Below, piece after piece: positions 31,130 through 41,885 of a stretch of DNA of 64,000 nucleotides. The notes under the pieces were generated by a model. The model was given only the letters and a program-made list of their open reading frames with translations, was not told the origin of the DNA and searched no databases. Made by a program: the position numbers and the translations under genes. How positions within the stretch are numbered: the first letter of the stretch is position 1; each line of letters opens with the position of its first letter. The stretch is from Sedimentisphaerales bacterium (lineage in GTDB: Bacteria; Planctomycetota; Phycisphaerae; Sedimentisphaerales; SM23-30), in assembly GCA_963666285.1 (NCBI GenBank), contig OY762711.1. One strand, 5' to 3'.

Positions 31130-33259
31130 ATGAAAAATGTGTTTGTTTCATTGTTTGTGATGTTATTGGCAGTTTCGTCCGCACATGCCGTCATTATCGG
31201 CTCAGAATCATTTGATTATCCTGATGATGCTGTTGCCGGCAAAAATGAAGGGTACGGCTGGTCCTGGGTAAGTGCGACTCAATCTCAGGACGGTAATCCT
31301 TCTGCTTGGCAGAATCTGGCCGGAGGAACGGCAAATATTGTCGATGGTAAACTGGAGTTATACGGCGGTAGCGGCTGGAATGCTGTAAGACGTATATTTT
31401 CCAAAACTGATGAATGGGGAAACTCTTTTCAGAATGCCGGAATTGTTTATTTTGCAGCAGATGTAACAATTGATGAATGGCAAAACTGGCTTGGACTAAG
31501 TGCCCAGGACGGTGAATGGGATGAACGTATTAAATTCGGTATCCCTTATCAACCGAATGTAGCTGTTTCTTATTTTGGTATCAATAACGAAGTTACCGGA
31601 ACCCCTGTTTATTCCGATATCCCGGTTGTTGTCGGCCAGACTTACAGACTAGTCGGCGTAGTTGACTTTGAAAATAACCAGGCAAGAATGTGGGTTGATC
31701 CAGACACAGGAGACTATGATCTATCACCCGAAATTACATCTGCTGATGTTGTATTAGATCCGTTAAATATGACTAACTGGATATCAGGTGTCAGACTCGG
31801 CAATGACGTTAAAGCAACCTGGGACGACGTTGTAACGGCAACAGATTTTATTGATACCTTCATTCCAGAAGATATTATGGGCAAGGCTCACAACCCTAAT
31901 CCGGCAGTTGCTCAAGAGGATGTTGAGGTTGACAATCTTGTATTATCGTGGGACATCGCACGCGACCCATCTGATACCGCAAACGCCGCCCCGGACCTTG
32001 TCAGTCACAAACTATATATTATCGATCCAACAGTATCTCCCGATCCAAATATCGTTATTGCGGATGTTTCAGGCTGGGATGGTAACCTGAGAGCGTCATA
32101 TACATTGACACAAAACCTGAATATGGATAAAACATATTACTGGCGTGTTGATCAGGTTATGACAGGCGGAACGATCGTAGCCGGTGACCAGTGGATGTTC
32201 CTGGCAGAAAAATCAACTCCAGAAATTACCGGCGACCCTGTCTTCCAGATTTTACCGGCTGATGAAACTGCAAGCTTCTCAGTAACAGTATCTTCTTTGA
32301 CACCGGAAACCTATAAATGGTACAAGGACGGCAGTCCGCTTAGTGACGGTGGAAATATTTCCGGATCAGAAACAGCCACTTTAACCATTACAACGGTATC
32401 TGAAAATGATGAAGGTCTTTACTTATGTAAAGTAAACAATGACTCAGGTGTCGAAGTCGAATCTGCTTCTGCACCTCTGGCAATTCAGGCACTAATTGCA
32501 TACTGGTCATTCACAGACGGTGATCCTAATAATGATATTACTGAAGCGCCGGCTACCAAAATATATGGTGACCCTGTAGCTGCTGCCGGTATTGTCGGTG
32601 AAGGATTTGCATTTGACAGCGATGCCGGTGCCGAAGATCTCATCTATACAGACCCGACAGATATTACCTATTTCAATATTTGTAACTATCAGATGACTGT
32701 TAGCTGCTGGATCAAAGCTAATATCTATGCTTCTTGGGGACCTATGGTTGCCAGGCACGGCGAAGGCAGCGAAGGTTGGCAGCTGCGTAACAATGGTGAC
32801 AATGGCAATAAGATATGTTTCACCACTCGCGGCACAGGTAATGATGATGGCTCAGCTTCCAGCAAGACAGTATATGACGGCGAATGGCATTATGTCGTCG
32901 GCACCTTTGACGGAAGCGTCAAGAAAGTTTTTATCGACGGCGTGCTTAATGTATCTAATACTGCTACTGGTCCGGTTAACTCAACCCTGTCGCCGGTATC
33001 ACTGGCCGGTAGAGTAACCGGTTCAGGCAGCGAGCTTTCATTTGAATCTGTAACTGCATGCACTCTTGACGAAGTTAAAATTTATAACTATCCGCGTGAT
33101 GAGTTTGCTATTGCTCAGGAATATGCCAATATATCTGGTGTATCAATTTGCCCGGTTAATCCTGCTTACGACTTCAACAATGACTGTAAAGTCGATCTGC
33201 TCGACTTTAGCAGTTTTGCCGGTCAGTGGCTGCTGGACAACATGGTTCACCCTCAATAA
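31130..33259 (+). CDS. Secreted protein with Ig-like, LamG and C-terminal dockerin-like domains
   Basis: Signal peptide; YYWRVD; YKWYKDG...GLYLC; WHYVVGTFDG; DFNNDCKVDLLDFSSFAGQWL; GGAGAGG RBS. Confidence 0.8.
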   Translation: MKNVFVSLFVMLLAVSSAHAVIIGSESFDYPDDAVAGKNEGYGWSWVSATQSQDGNPSAWQNLAGGTANIVDGKLELYGGSGWNAVRRIFSKTDEWGNSFQNAGIVYFAADVTIDEWQNWLGLSAQDGEWDERIKFGIPYQPNVAVSYFGINNEVTGTPVYSDIPVVVGQTYRLVGVVDFENNQARMWVDPDTGDYDLSPEITSADVVLDPLNMTNWISGVRLGNDVKATWDDVVTATDFIDTFIPEDIMGKAHNPNPAVAQEDVEVDNLVLSWDIARDPSDTANAAPDLVSHKLYIIDPTVSPDPNIVIADVSGWDGNLRASYTLTQNLNMDKTYYWRVDQVMTGGTIVAGDQWMFLAEKSTPEITGDPVFQILPADETASFSVTVSSLTPETYKWYKDGSPLSDGGNISGSETATLTITTVSENDEGLYLCKVNNDSGVEVESASAPLAIQALIAYWSFTDGDPNNDITEAPATKIYGDPVAAAGIVGEGFAFDSDAGAEDLIYTDPTDITYFNICNYQMTVSCWIKANIYASWGPMVARHGEGSEGWQLRNNGDNGNKICFTTRGTGNDDGSASSKTVYDGEWHYVVGTFDGSVKKVFIDGVLNVSNTATGPVNSTLSPVSLAGRVTGSGSELSFESVTACTLDEVKIYNYPRDEFAIAQEYANISGVSICPVNPAYDFNNDCKVDLLDFSSFAGQWLLDNMVHPQ

Positions 33260-33284
33260 TAATTATTATATAACTAACAACTTT

Positions 33285-33320
33285 GAACTCCCTGTTGAGA
33301 TTGTTTAACAGGGAGTTCTT
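33285..33320 (+). terminator. Intergenic hairpin (terminator or mRNA stabiliser)
   Basis: GAACTCCCTGTT/AACAGGGAGTTC 12-bp stem. Confidence 0.7.
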
Positions 33321-33355
33321 ACTTTGTTTGAGTGACTTAAAGAGGTAGAAAGAGA

Positions 33356-35398
33356 ATGAAACACAAAACAGTTAAAAAACTGGTAGTATGCTTAGCTTTA
33401 GTTTTATTTATACAAATCAAACTTATTGCGGTAGAACCGTCAGCCAGGTCGGGTATGGGAGCAATTCCTTATAGCGGAGGCACCACATTTAGAGTCTGGG
33501 CACCAAATGCCGACTCTGTTCATGTGGCTGGTGAATTCAACTGGTGGAACAGCAGCTCCCACCCATTAGCAAACGAAGGTAACGGACACTGGTCAGCTGA
33601 CATACCCGGAGCAATTGTCTCGCAGGAATATAAATATGTGATCAATGGCAATATCTGGAAAACCGATCCAAGAGCCAGGGACGTTGTCAGCTCGGTTGGC
33701 AACGGGATAATTGAAAACAATATATACAACTGGACTGATTATTCTCCGCCCGCCTGGAATGATATGGTAATCTACGAGCTCCATATCGGCACTTTTTACG
33801 ATACAGTCACCAGCGATTCAAAACCGGGAACATTCAATTCAGCCATCAATAAGCTGGACTACCTACAGGCGATGGGTATAAATGCTGTCGAACTTATGCC
33901 TATTGCAGAATTCCCTGGCGATTACTCAATGGGCTACAATCCCGTAAATATTTTCGCCCCTGAAGGTGCATACGGCAGCCCCTACATGACCAAAAAATTC
34001 ATCGATGAATGCCATAAAAGAGGTATTGCCGTATTAATTGATGTGGTCTATAACCACCTGGGCCCGGACGACCTGGGTACTTCTATCTGGCAATTTGACG
34101 GTTATAGCCTCAACAATAACGCCGAGCTTGGCGGCATATATTTTTACGAAAACAATAACAGGTACACGCCCTGGGGAAACACCCGCCCAAATTATACGAC
34201 AGGTGAAGTTAGAAGTTTCATCCGGGACAATGCCCTTTACTGGCTAACAGAGTATAATGCCGACGGCCTGCGCTGGGACGGCACAGCCTACATCCGCGAA
34301 CAGGACATCAACAGCAACGAAATCCCCGAAGGATGGTCGCTTATGCAATGGGTAAATAACGAGATCGATGCCATCTGCCCCGAAAATATCTCGCTTGCAG
34401 AAGATATGCGGGACAATGAATGGCTGACTAAAACTACCGGTGAAGGTGGTGCCGGGTTCGACTCTCAATGGGATGCCGGGTTCCATCATAAAATAGTCTC
34501 TGCTCTTACAACCCCAAATGATGTTGACAGGAATATGTGGGACGTTAAATACGCAATCGAGCATAAATACAACGGCTGGGACACTCAGCGAATAATATAC
34601 ACCGAGAGCCACGACGAAGTTGGCCTGTCTAGCGGAAAAAAAAGATTACCCGAACAGATTTGGGAAGGTAACGCTGACAGCTGGTACTCCAAAAAACGAT
34701 CAACTCTAGGAGCCGGTATTGTCTTAACCAGCCCTGGTATCCCGATGCTATTTATGGGCCAGGAATTCCTGGAAGATGGCTCCTGGCATGATAATACTCC
34801 TCTGGACTGGGTAAGGTTTAGCAATAACATTGGAATCGCGAAACTATACCGCGACCTGATACACCTGAGAAGAAACCTGTCCAATAACACCCGCGGGCTG
34901 CTGGGTACCAATGTAAACGTCTTCCATGTGAATGACTCTGCCAAGGTTGTCGCTTACCACCGATGGTATAATGGCGGCGTCGGCGACGATGTAATTATTC
35001 TTGCCAATTTTGGCGATGTAAATTACACCGAATACGATATCGGCATGCCGCGTAAAGGCCTATGGCGGATACGATTCAATAGCGACTGGAACGGCTACGA
35101 CAGCGATTTTGGCAATTGGGATGTTTACGATACCTACGCTTCTGATGGCTCAATGCACGATCTGCCCTATCATGCCAGTGTAAGACTGGGCGCATACAGC
35201 ATGGTTATCCTTTCGCAGGGAACCGGCCCTGACCTTAACGGCAACGGCACCGTTGACCTCGTTGACTTTGCCTGGCTCGCCGCTCAATGGCTGAACACCT
35301 GTAACGACAATGATTCCTGTTCCGGAACCGACTATAATATGAGCGGATCAGTTGACATCGACGACCTGCAGCAGTTGAGTTCTCACTGGCTAAATTAG
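33356..35398 (+). CDS. Secreted GH13 alpha-glucan-active enzyme (CBM48 plus branching-enzyme/TreZ-like domain) with dockerin-like tail
   Basis: FRVWAPNA, IYELHIG, DVVYNH, DGLRWD, AED, ESHDE; signal peptide; DLNGNGTVDLVDFAWLAAQWL. Confidence 0.88.
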   Translation: MKHKTVKKLVVCLALVLFIQIKLIAVEPSARSGMGAIPYSGGTTFRVWAPNADSVHVAGEFNWWNSSSHPLANEGNGHWSADIPGAIVSQEYKYVINGNIWKTDPRARDVVSSVGNGIIENNIYNWTDYSPPAWNDMVIYELHIGTFYDTVTSDSKPGTFNSAINKLDYLQAMGINAVELMPIAEFPGDYSMGYNPVNIFAPEGAYGSPYMTKKFIDECHKRGIAVLIDVVYNHLGPDDLGTSIWQFDGYSLNNNAELGGIYFYENNNRYTPWGNTRPNYTTGEVRSFIRDNALYWLTEYNADGLRWDGTAYIREQDINSNEIPEGWSLMQWVNNEIDAICPENISLAEDMRDNEWLTKTTGEGGAGFDSQWDAGFHHKIVSALTTPNDVDRNMWDVKYAIEHKYNGWDTQRIIYTESHDEVGLSSGKKRLPEQIWEGNADSWYSKKRSTLGAGIVLTSPGIPMLFMGQEFLEDGSWHDNTPLDWVRFSNNIGIAKLYRDLIHLRRNLSNNTRGLLGTNVNVFHVNDSAKVVAYHRWYNGGVGDDVIILANFGDVNYTEYDIGMPRKGLWRIRFNSDWNGYDSDFGNWDVYDTYASDGSMHDLPYHASVRLGAYSMVILSQGTGPDLNGNGTVDLVDFAWLAAQWLNTCNDNDSCSGTDYNMSGSVDIDDLQQLSSHWLN

Positions 35399-37213
35399 AG
35401 CTTGTCCGCAAATTATGATTTTTGAATAGATAGTATTTTCGGCATGGTTTCCGGTGGTATTTTTGGCTGTAATTACACAGGCAATGTATTTTGCTGGTGT
35501 ACTTGACAGATTTGTCGGTTTCAGCGTGCAGTATTTCTATGGAATTATCAAATAGAATCCAGTTTAAGCCACTTTTCCCCGTTCTTTTTCCTGGGCAAGT
35601 TTTATTCTGGCCAGAACCCAGAGATTATGAGACAAGATACTTAATCCCATGTGGACTTCACGGTTATCAAAACCCTTCTGTTTCATAGGCGAACCACAAA
35701 AACAATTACTCAAAATACTGATTCTTGCTTCTGTCTGACTGCGTCTTATTTGAGCCTGCCTGAAAGCATCTTCCTGAAGCCTTTCTGCCAGCAATGCCGG
35801 ATCACATGGACAAACCGCATTGAATATGTCATTTTTCTTCATGTATTGGCGATTCTTTGCACTATCAAAACCACGGTCACCTGCCAGCAGATTGACTTTA
35901 CAGCCAAGCTTATCCTTAATACGTTTATGACCAGACTCAAGCATTGTTTTATCGGCAGGTGTCTGATCGCGATAATACTTCCAGGCGACGATCAAACCGT
36001 CAGGTTGTTCTGCTAGATACAGCTTATTGCCAAACTCAGTCTCAGCTCCGGATTTGCGGCGAACTATCACATTGACATCAGGTTCGTATATACTCAATAT
36101 CTTATCTTTATTGTCAACCCTGCGGTTTCCGATTATGCGTTCATGAGCTTGTTTTACTGCATCAGCAAGTTTACTTATAACTCCGGTAATCTGTTTGATT
36201 ATCTGCTGAACATTACCAAAGGTAATATCTGCCGTTTTCCAGTTGTTTTCCAGCTTTTCCAAGTGATTATTCGAATGTTTTGATACACGTCTAACCAGAC
36301 GTTTCATCTTCCTTAAAATATTCTTACGCTGCTTTTTAGCCCCTTTTATACGTTGAGCAAATGTCATTTCCATGCAAAGCTTATTCATCTTCGAGATAAA
36401 TCCAGATGGCTCAAAGGGCATGCGACATAATATACCAGCTTTGCGAATACGAGCTACAGCTTTCATCAATGTACGAGTAGAATCTCTTAATAATAACCAA
36501 TCTACCGGATAGTGTATGTTAGTGTCTATGCAGGTGCAGTCGAAATATGCCTGACTAAAATCCAAAGGTTCCAATATAATTGAATCATTCTGTACCTCTG
36601 CAAATAGCATTCTTTCTACCTGGTCGATCAAATAAGGAGATATGGCATTTTCCAGATCATTTATACGAGTTTTACCGGGTATTCGAGGGACTTCAAAGCG
36701 ATTTATGCCGCAAAACCATTGATAGAGGTCACTATGCGATAATGCCAAAGAAAATTTACGTAAAGATAAGTTTAGACGCTTGCGAAGAATGGATATCCTC
36801 AATGCCATAATAGCTTCAATATGGATATTAAGACGATCGTAATGCGTTAACCTGACAGCTTTGCCGGTACCAAAATATTCTATGGTCTTTTCAACATAGG
36901 ATCTATTGAGAAAATACTGGATGAATAAAGTCTCAATACCGCCGGCTTCAACTATCCGATCAATGTCGATCAGGAACTGGCGTTCCTGACGATATTCAAA
37001 ATTGCCAAATTCCAGTGGAATATCTTTGTCAAATAACTGCTGAACTGGTAAAATCTTTAACATAGGTGTGGCTCCTTTTTTAAGGTAAAATGATTTGCAA
37101 GACCATTTTATAACACACCTATTTTACTCCTTTTAACCAAAAACGCACCATATAATTCTAAAATTACAGCGTAACTATCTCAAAAAAATAAACTTACAAC
37201 TACGGACAGACTC
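35398..37213 (-). mobile_element. Insertion sequence (IS5-like/ISNCY DDE), 1816 bp, TA target duplication
   Basis: Imperfect terminal IRs GAGCTTGTCCGCA / TACGGACAGACTC, flanked by TA at 35396-35397 and 37214-37215. Confidence 0.8.
35564..37063 (-). CDS. DDE transposase
   Basis: DCTCIDTNIHYP, EFGNK, GDRGF, RRSQTEARI. Confidence 0.88.
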   Translation of the reverse strand: MLKILPVQQLFDKDIPLEFGNFEYRQERQFLIDIDRIVEAGGIETLFIQYFLNRSYVEKTIEYFGTGKAVRLTHYDRLNIHIEAIMALRISILRKRLNLSLRKFSLALSHSDLYQWFCGINRFEVPRIPGKTRINDLENAISPYLIDQVERMLFAEVQNDSIILEPLDFSQAYFDCTCIDTNIHYPVDWLLLRDSTRTLMKAVARIRKAGILCRMPFEPSGFISKMNKLCMEMTFAQRIKGAKKQRKNILRKMKRLVRRVSKHSNNHLEKLENNWKTADITFGNVQQIIKQITGVISKLADAVKQAHERIIGNRRVDNKDKILSIYEPDVNVIVRRKSGAETEFGNKLYLAEQPDGLIVAWKYYRDQTPADKTMLESGHKRIKDKLGCKVNLLAGDRGFDSAKNRQYMKKNDIFNAVCPCDPALLAERLQEDAFRQAQIRRSQTEARISILSNCFCGSPMKQKGFDNREVHMGLSILSHNLWVLARIKLAQEKERGKVA

Positions 37214-37234
37214 TAGGTATATTTCACATATAAA

Positions 37235-38890
37235 TCATGGCTTTGGATATACCATAGCCCTGTTTGCCCACGCTTCCCATTTTGCAGATAGTTCTACTAC
37301 TTTCTCAGGATATACGCTTTTCAAATCGTGGAGCTCTGTTCTATCCTCAGCAAGATTATAGAGTTCCCATTTGCTGGCGATAGTCGGGTCAGAAGAAACC
37401 CCGGTACCTACAAGCTTCCACTCGCCATCAATTATTGCAGCATTATCTTCATGTTCGAAATACAAAGGATCAGGACGATTAAGAGAACCATTGGCAAATG
37501 CTGGTCGCAGAGATATCCCATTAATCGGTTTAATTTGATTACCTTCGTATTCTTCAGGATATTTCGCCCGGGCTAAATCAATAACGGTCGGCATAATATC
37601 AATTAAAGTTGCTGCCTCGCGGTATAATCCGCCTTTGATCGTTATACCGGCTGGCCAATGAGCTATAAACGGCGTTGACATTCCACCTTCATGAGTATAA
37701 TGCTTAAATTTACGGAAAGGGGTATTTGAGGCATTAGCCCAGACCGTGCCATAAGAAGGTCCAGCACCATAAGTATGCTCCCAAAGATCAACATCATATG
37801 GATTGGTATCACCTCCCAGCTCTCCGCCTTCGGCACAACCGCCATTATCTGAAAGAAACATAATCAAGGTATTGTCATATATTCCTTTATTTTTGAGCAT
37901 ATTTACCAGTTTCCCGATATTCTGGTCCATGCGGTCAACCATTGCCGCATAGTATGCCATACGCAATGCCATTTCTTCTTTCTTTTCTTGAGACAGGGAA
38001 TCCCATGCCCTGGCAGAACGTGTGCTAAGCTGCCAATCAGGGTCAATAATACCCATCTTAATTTGCCTTTGGTATCTCTGTTGGCGAAGCTGGTCCCATC
38101 CCATCATATATTTGCCGCGATACTTATCAACTTCCTCCTTATGAGCATGAAGCGGCCAATGGGGGCAAGTATATGCGAGATACAGGAAGAAAGGACGATC
38201 TTTATCAGATTTCTCCTGTTCGATAAAATTAATTGCATAATCGGTATAGGCATCTGTTGTATAGAAACGTCGATCAGTAGTACTTTCCGGTGTAGTGATT
38301 TTTTCGTTTCCTAAAACAATGCCACGCGGATGGCTCGGATAGAAGAAGTTGGAAGCACCAGGAACAACGCCATAATACTTTTCAAAGCCACGCTGCATAG
38401 GCCAGCAGTTCTGGTCATTATAGCCGAGATGCCATTTGCCAGTCATCATAGTCGCATAGCCAGCCTGTTTAAGGACTTCACCAATCGTTACACAGTTTTT
38501 ATTAATAAATCCGCGATAATTTGGAAATTCGGGACCGCTATCATGCTGAGTGCTATTTGGCGGATTAGTCATGTGACCAATTCCGGTTTCATGCGGATAG
38601 AGACCTGTCATAAGAGAAGCCCTGGTGGGACAGCATCTGGCAGTATTGTAGAATTGGGTAAAGCGTATACCGTCTGCCGCCAAGGCGTCAAGGTTTGGTG
38701 TTTCTATCTCACCACCATAACACCCAATATCAGAAAAACCCATATCATCAGCCATAATTAAGATAATATTGGGCCGCTGGCCTTTTTGAATCTCAATACC
38801 TGAATTGGAAAAAAGTGTATCTGCAAAAACAATATCTGCACATAGAGTAAATATAACTATCAAGAAAAATAATTTAACATTTCTATACAT
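37235..38890 (-). CDS. Arylsulfatase (S1, Cys-type formylglycine)
   Basis: PNIILIMADDMG, CCPTRASLMTG, GKWHLG; signal peptide. Confidence 0.95.
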   Translation of the reverse strand: MYRNVKLFFLIVIFTLCADIVFADTLFSNSGIEIQKGQRPNIILIMADDMGFSDIGCYGGEIETPNLDALAADGIRFTQFYNTARCCPTRASLMTGLYPHETGIGHMTNPPNSTQHDSGPEFPNYRGFINKNCVTIGEVLKQAGYATMMTGKWHLGYNDQNCWPMQRGFEKYYGVVPGASNFFYPSHPRGIVLGNEKITTPESTTDRRFYTTDAYTDYAINFIEQEKSDKDRPFFLYLAYTCPHWPLHAHKEEVDKYRGKYMMGWDQLRQQRYQRQIKMGIIDPDWQLSTRSARAWDSLSQEKKEEMALRMAYYAAMVDRMDQNIGKLVNMLKNKGIYDNTLIMFLSDNGGCAEGGELGGDTNPYDVDLWEHTYGAGPSYGTVWANASNTPFRKFKHYTHEGGMSTPFIAHWPAGITIKGGLYREAATLIDIMPTVIDLARAKYPEEYEGNQIKPINGISLRPAFANGSLNRPDPLYFEHEDNAAIIDGEWKLVGTGVSSDPTIASKWELYNLAEDRTELHDLKSVYPEKVVELSAKWEAWANRAMVYPKP

Positions 38891-39059
38891 TTAAGCTCTC
38901 CAAAAAATAGTGCGTTTCGCACTTTTGACTGTACAACATTATACGCTAAGGCCAGTACAGGGCCTTGTGAATGAAAATGTCAGTATTAATTTACACTTTC
39001 GGGCGATTTCCCGTAAGTACATTTAATTCAAGATGCAATAGGAAGTCCCTATTAGGCGA

Positions 39060-41798
39060 TTATTGCAGTTCTAATGACAACCAATCGTTTGAAAGGCATT
39101 GAATGTCTTTCAGATTGATTACATTATCTGGAATAGGGTCAAAAGAAGATATAACAGGCACTAAAGGCTGCTCAATAGTGGAATTTGGTCCGCTAAATAG
39201 GTAAACTACTTCCTCAGGAAGTATAGCCCGGCCATATATTCGAAACTCATCCAATTTACCTTTAAAGAAACCATACATACCTGATACATCGGAACCAATT
39301 CTGGAAATAGTAATTGCATTTCCATCAATTTCAAAAATTGAATTACGATCCTCAGCAACTAAAATACCATCATGATAAATACGTGAAATACCAGTAGCAG
39401 CATCTTTAGTCATACAAAAATGGTGCCATTGAGATGTTGGCTGGTGTCCAAAATATGTAAGTTTATCCCACTGAGCATCTCTATCAAGACCTGATGAAAA
39501 TATGAGCGGCTCTCTGTTAGAAGCCTTTTCAGCATTAACCCAGAAACATACTGAAAAGCCGGTGCTGACACTGTCAAATACTCCATGAAGTACTACTACA
39601 CTGGAAAACCCATCAAATTTCAGACAGCCATTACTAAATCCAGAAGAATTCCATAACAAACTGCTATCTTTAGTCTCAATAATGCCATGATAAGAATTTC
39701 CTGATTGATCATAAACATTCAAACCTCCAGGCCGGTCAAACGAATAATAAACCAGCGGCTCATCTAAACCGCCAGCATCTGCTATAACAATATAACTGCC
39801 TGACAGCCATTTTTCTGTCAAGAGTTTTAAATCATTAAGATCAGCAACACAATCATGATTGAGATCGGATTCACCGCTCATACCAATAATACATCTGGTA
39901 ATATCCAATTTCAAATTATCAATTTGCAATTTACCACTGCCATATGCTGACGCATCGTTTTCAACACCAATAGCAATACCAGAAACACAACTAAGATCAA
40001 CACCTGCATTTGTGAATTCACATAGTTTAATACGCCAGTGATTCCATTTGGACCATGCCGGTTGTACCAAATTGCATTGGCTACCAGTATAGTATACTTT
40101 CAGTTCATTATTATTCTTATCTGAAACCAGCAAATACAGACTGGCAGAAGAATTATCCGGCCACCCTCTGAAGGACAACTCTAATATTTCTACCCCCCAT
40201 TTCAACCAGTTTTTACCCTTATCATTTTTAAGTTCAACCTCAGAAAGATAAGGATCAGATTGGTTATCATAAGACAAACACATTGACTGACCATCAGCAT
40301 CAAAAAATAGAGATAACTGAGAACCGGTAAGATTCAATTCACCATCCGACCATTTGTTTTTTAATTCACTTTCTTCATTATAGTCATTAAAATCATCGAC
40401 AATAAACGGCACCTCAAAATCTAAAACATGTACCTGGCTTGATCCTTTCAGCTCAGGATTATTAAGATCATAAGCATCAACACGACAAAAATACTGCTTA
40501 TCCAGCTCCATTAGGTTTGTATCAACACTCAGAATAGTGGCAGCATAGTTATCAATATCCAATACCGTATGCATAAATTCCAGATCCTCAGCAATTTTAA
40601 TATTATATAATGGCTGAACAATGTCAGAAGGTGGTTCCCAGTTGAGCTCAAGTGAATTAAGGTTCCCTGAACTACTTAGATTGCCGGGGGTAGTATTAAA
40701 CGGCTTAGTTGTAAAAAACCAAACCGTGCCTTTCCATGGACTCCCGCTATCAGATTCATTTATTTCATCTATTCTCCAAAAGTATGCCGTTTCGCCTGAT
40801 AGATTAATACTCTCATTGTCTAAAGATATTTCATATCGGCCATATTGATCCGGGCCAATTATCTGGGCATTTTCCAGATATACACCTTGAGGGTTATCAG
40901 GAGAAGCCGAACTTACGATATCTGAATTATCACCAAAATAGACATGATGTGACTTGGCCTTACTACCAGGCATCCAGGACAACTCCTGCTCTGAAACAGA
41001 GATAATATCAGTATTTGACGGGAGCGGAGACCAGGCTTTAAGCTGATTCATACTTTCTACTATTTCACTTGCGGTCAAAGCCCTATCATATATGCGCAGA
41101 TCGTCCAGTCTGCCAGTCATCGCTTCTCTCGGAGTTGCAGAACCACTATATGCAGCAGCACCACCCAGCCTGACATAGCAATTATAATCTGTAAATTGAG
41201 TATTTATTATTCTATCAGCAAATGTCGCCAACGGTTGCAATTGGCCGTTCAGATAAAATTTCACTTCAGAAGTCTTGACATTACCATCATTATTAAAGTC
41301 ATCAACAGCCAGGGCAATATGATACCATGTGTTTAATTCAAGGTCGCCACTATTTAAGGCAAGAGAATTGCCAGAGGCAACCTCCAAACGCAGCCTCCTG
41401 TTTTCAATTACCAGGCGAAAATATTGCCCCGCAGCAGCTGCATTTCCCCATTGTACAATTGTATGTCGATAATTATCCTGCGTAAGATATATCCATGCTG
41501 ATACTGTACGTGGATTTGAAGATAAAATACCTTTTGAATCTGTTAAAATCCAGTCATTACCATCAAATTCAAGAACACTGCCTCTCTGAAGATCATTCAC
41601 CCATTCGGGGCCATGACCAGCGCCGCTATCGGCTTCCATAAAAGTGCCTTCATTTCCACCGGAACCGGTATCTGAAACTGTTATCCCTGAACTATCATTA
41701 AAGATCCATTCATTATAGGGAGTTGATGCTATCACACCAGGGACACTAACAAAAAACGAAAAAACAACAATTAACCTGAAATTAAACTTATTTATCAT
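39060..41798 (-). CDS. Secreted protein with two LamG domains and dockerin-like segments
   Basis: Signal peptide; LDDLRIYDRAL and LDEFRIY; YFWRIDE; DLNHDCVADLNDL. Confidence 0.8.
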   Translation of the reverse strand: MINKFNFRLIVVFSFFVSVPGVIASTPYNEWIFNDSSGITVSDTGSGGNEGTFMEADSGAGHGPEWVNDLQRGSVLEFDGNDWILTDSKGILSSNPRTVSAWIYLTQDNYRHTIVQWGNAAAAGQYFRLVIENRRLRLEVASGNSLALNSGDLELNTWYHIALAVDDFNNDGNVKTSEVKFYLNGQLQPLATFADRIINTQFTDYNCYVRLGGAAAYSGSATPREAMTGRLDDLRIYDRALTASEIVESMNQLKAWSPLPSNTDIISVSEQELSWMPGSKAKSHHVYFGDNSDIVSSASPDNPQGVYLENAQIIGPDQYGRYEISLDNESINLSGETAYFWRIDEINESDSGSPWKGTVWFFTTKPFNTTPGNLSSSGNLNSLELNWEPPSDIVQPLYNIKIAEDLEFMHTVLDIDNYAATILSVDTNLMELDKQYFCRVDAYDLNNPELKGSSQVHVLDFEVPFIVDDFNDYNEESELKNKWSDGELNLTGSQLSLFFDADGQSMCLSYDNQSDPYLSEVELKNDKGKNWLKWGVEILELSFRGWPDNSSASLYLLVSDKNNNELKVYYTGSQCNLVQPAWSKWNHWRIKLCEFTNAGVDLSCVSGIAIGVENDASAYGSGKLQIDNLKLDITRCIIGMSGESDLNHDCVADLNDLKLLTEKWLSGSYIVIADAGGLDEPLVYYSFDRPGGLNVYDQSGNSYHGIIETKDSSLLWNSSGFSNGCLKFDGFSSVVVLHGVFDSVSTGFSVCFWVNAEKASNREPLIFSSGLDRDAQWDKLTYFGHQPTSQWHHFCMTKDAATGISRIYHDGILVAEDRNSIFEIDGNAITISRIGSDVSGMYGFFKGKLDEFRIYGRAILPEEVVYLFSGPNSTIEQPLVPVISSFDPIPDNVINLKDIQCLSNDWLSLELQ

Positions 41799-41885
41799 AT
41801 ACTTTATCCATAAACTGGAAAAGTGATATTGCTATAAAGTAAACCTCTACAGCAATATCACAATATTAAAATCATATTAAAAATA

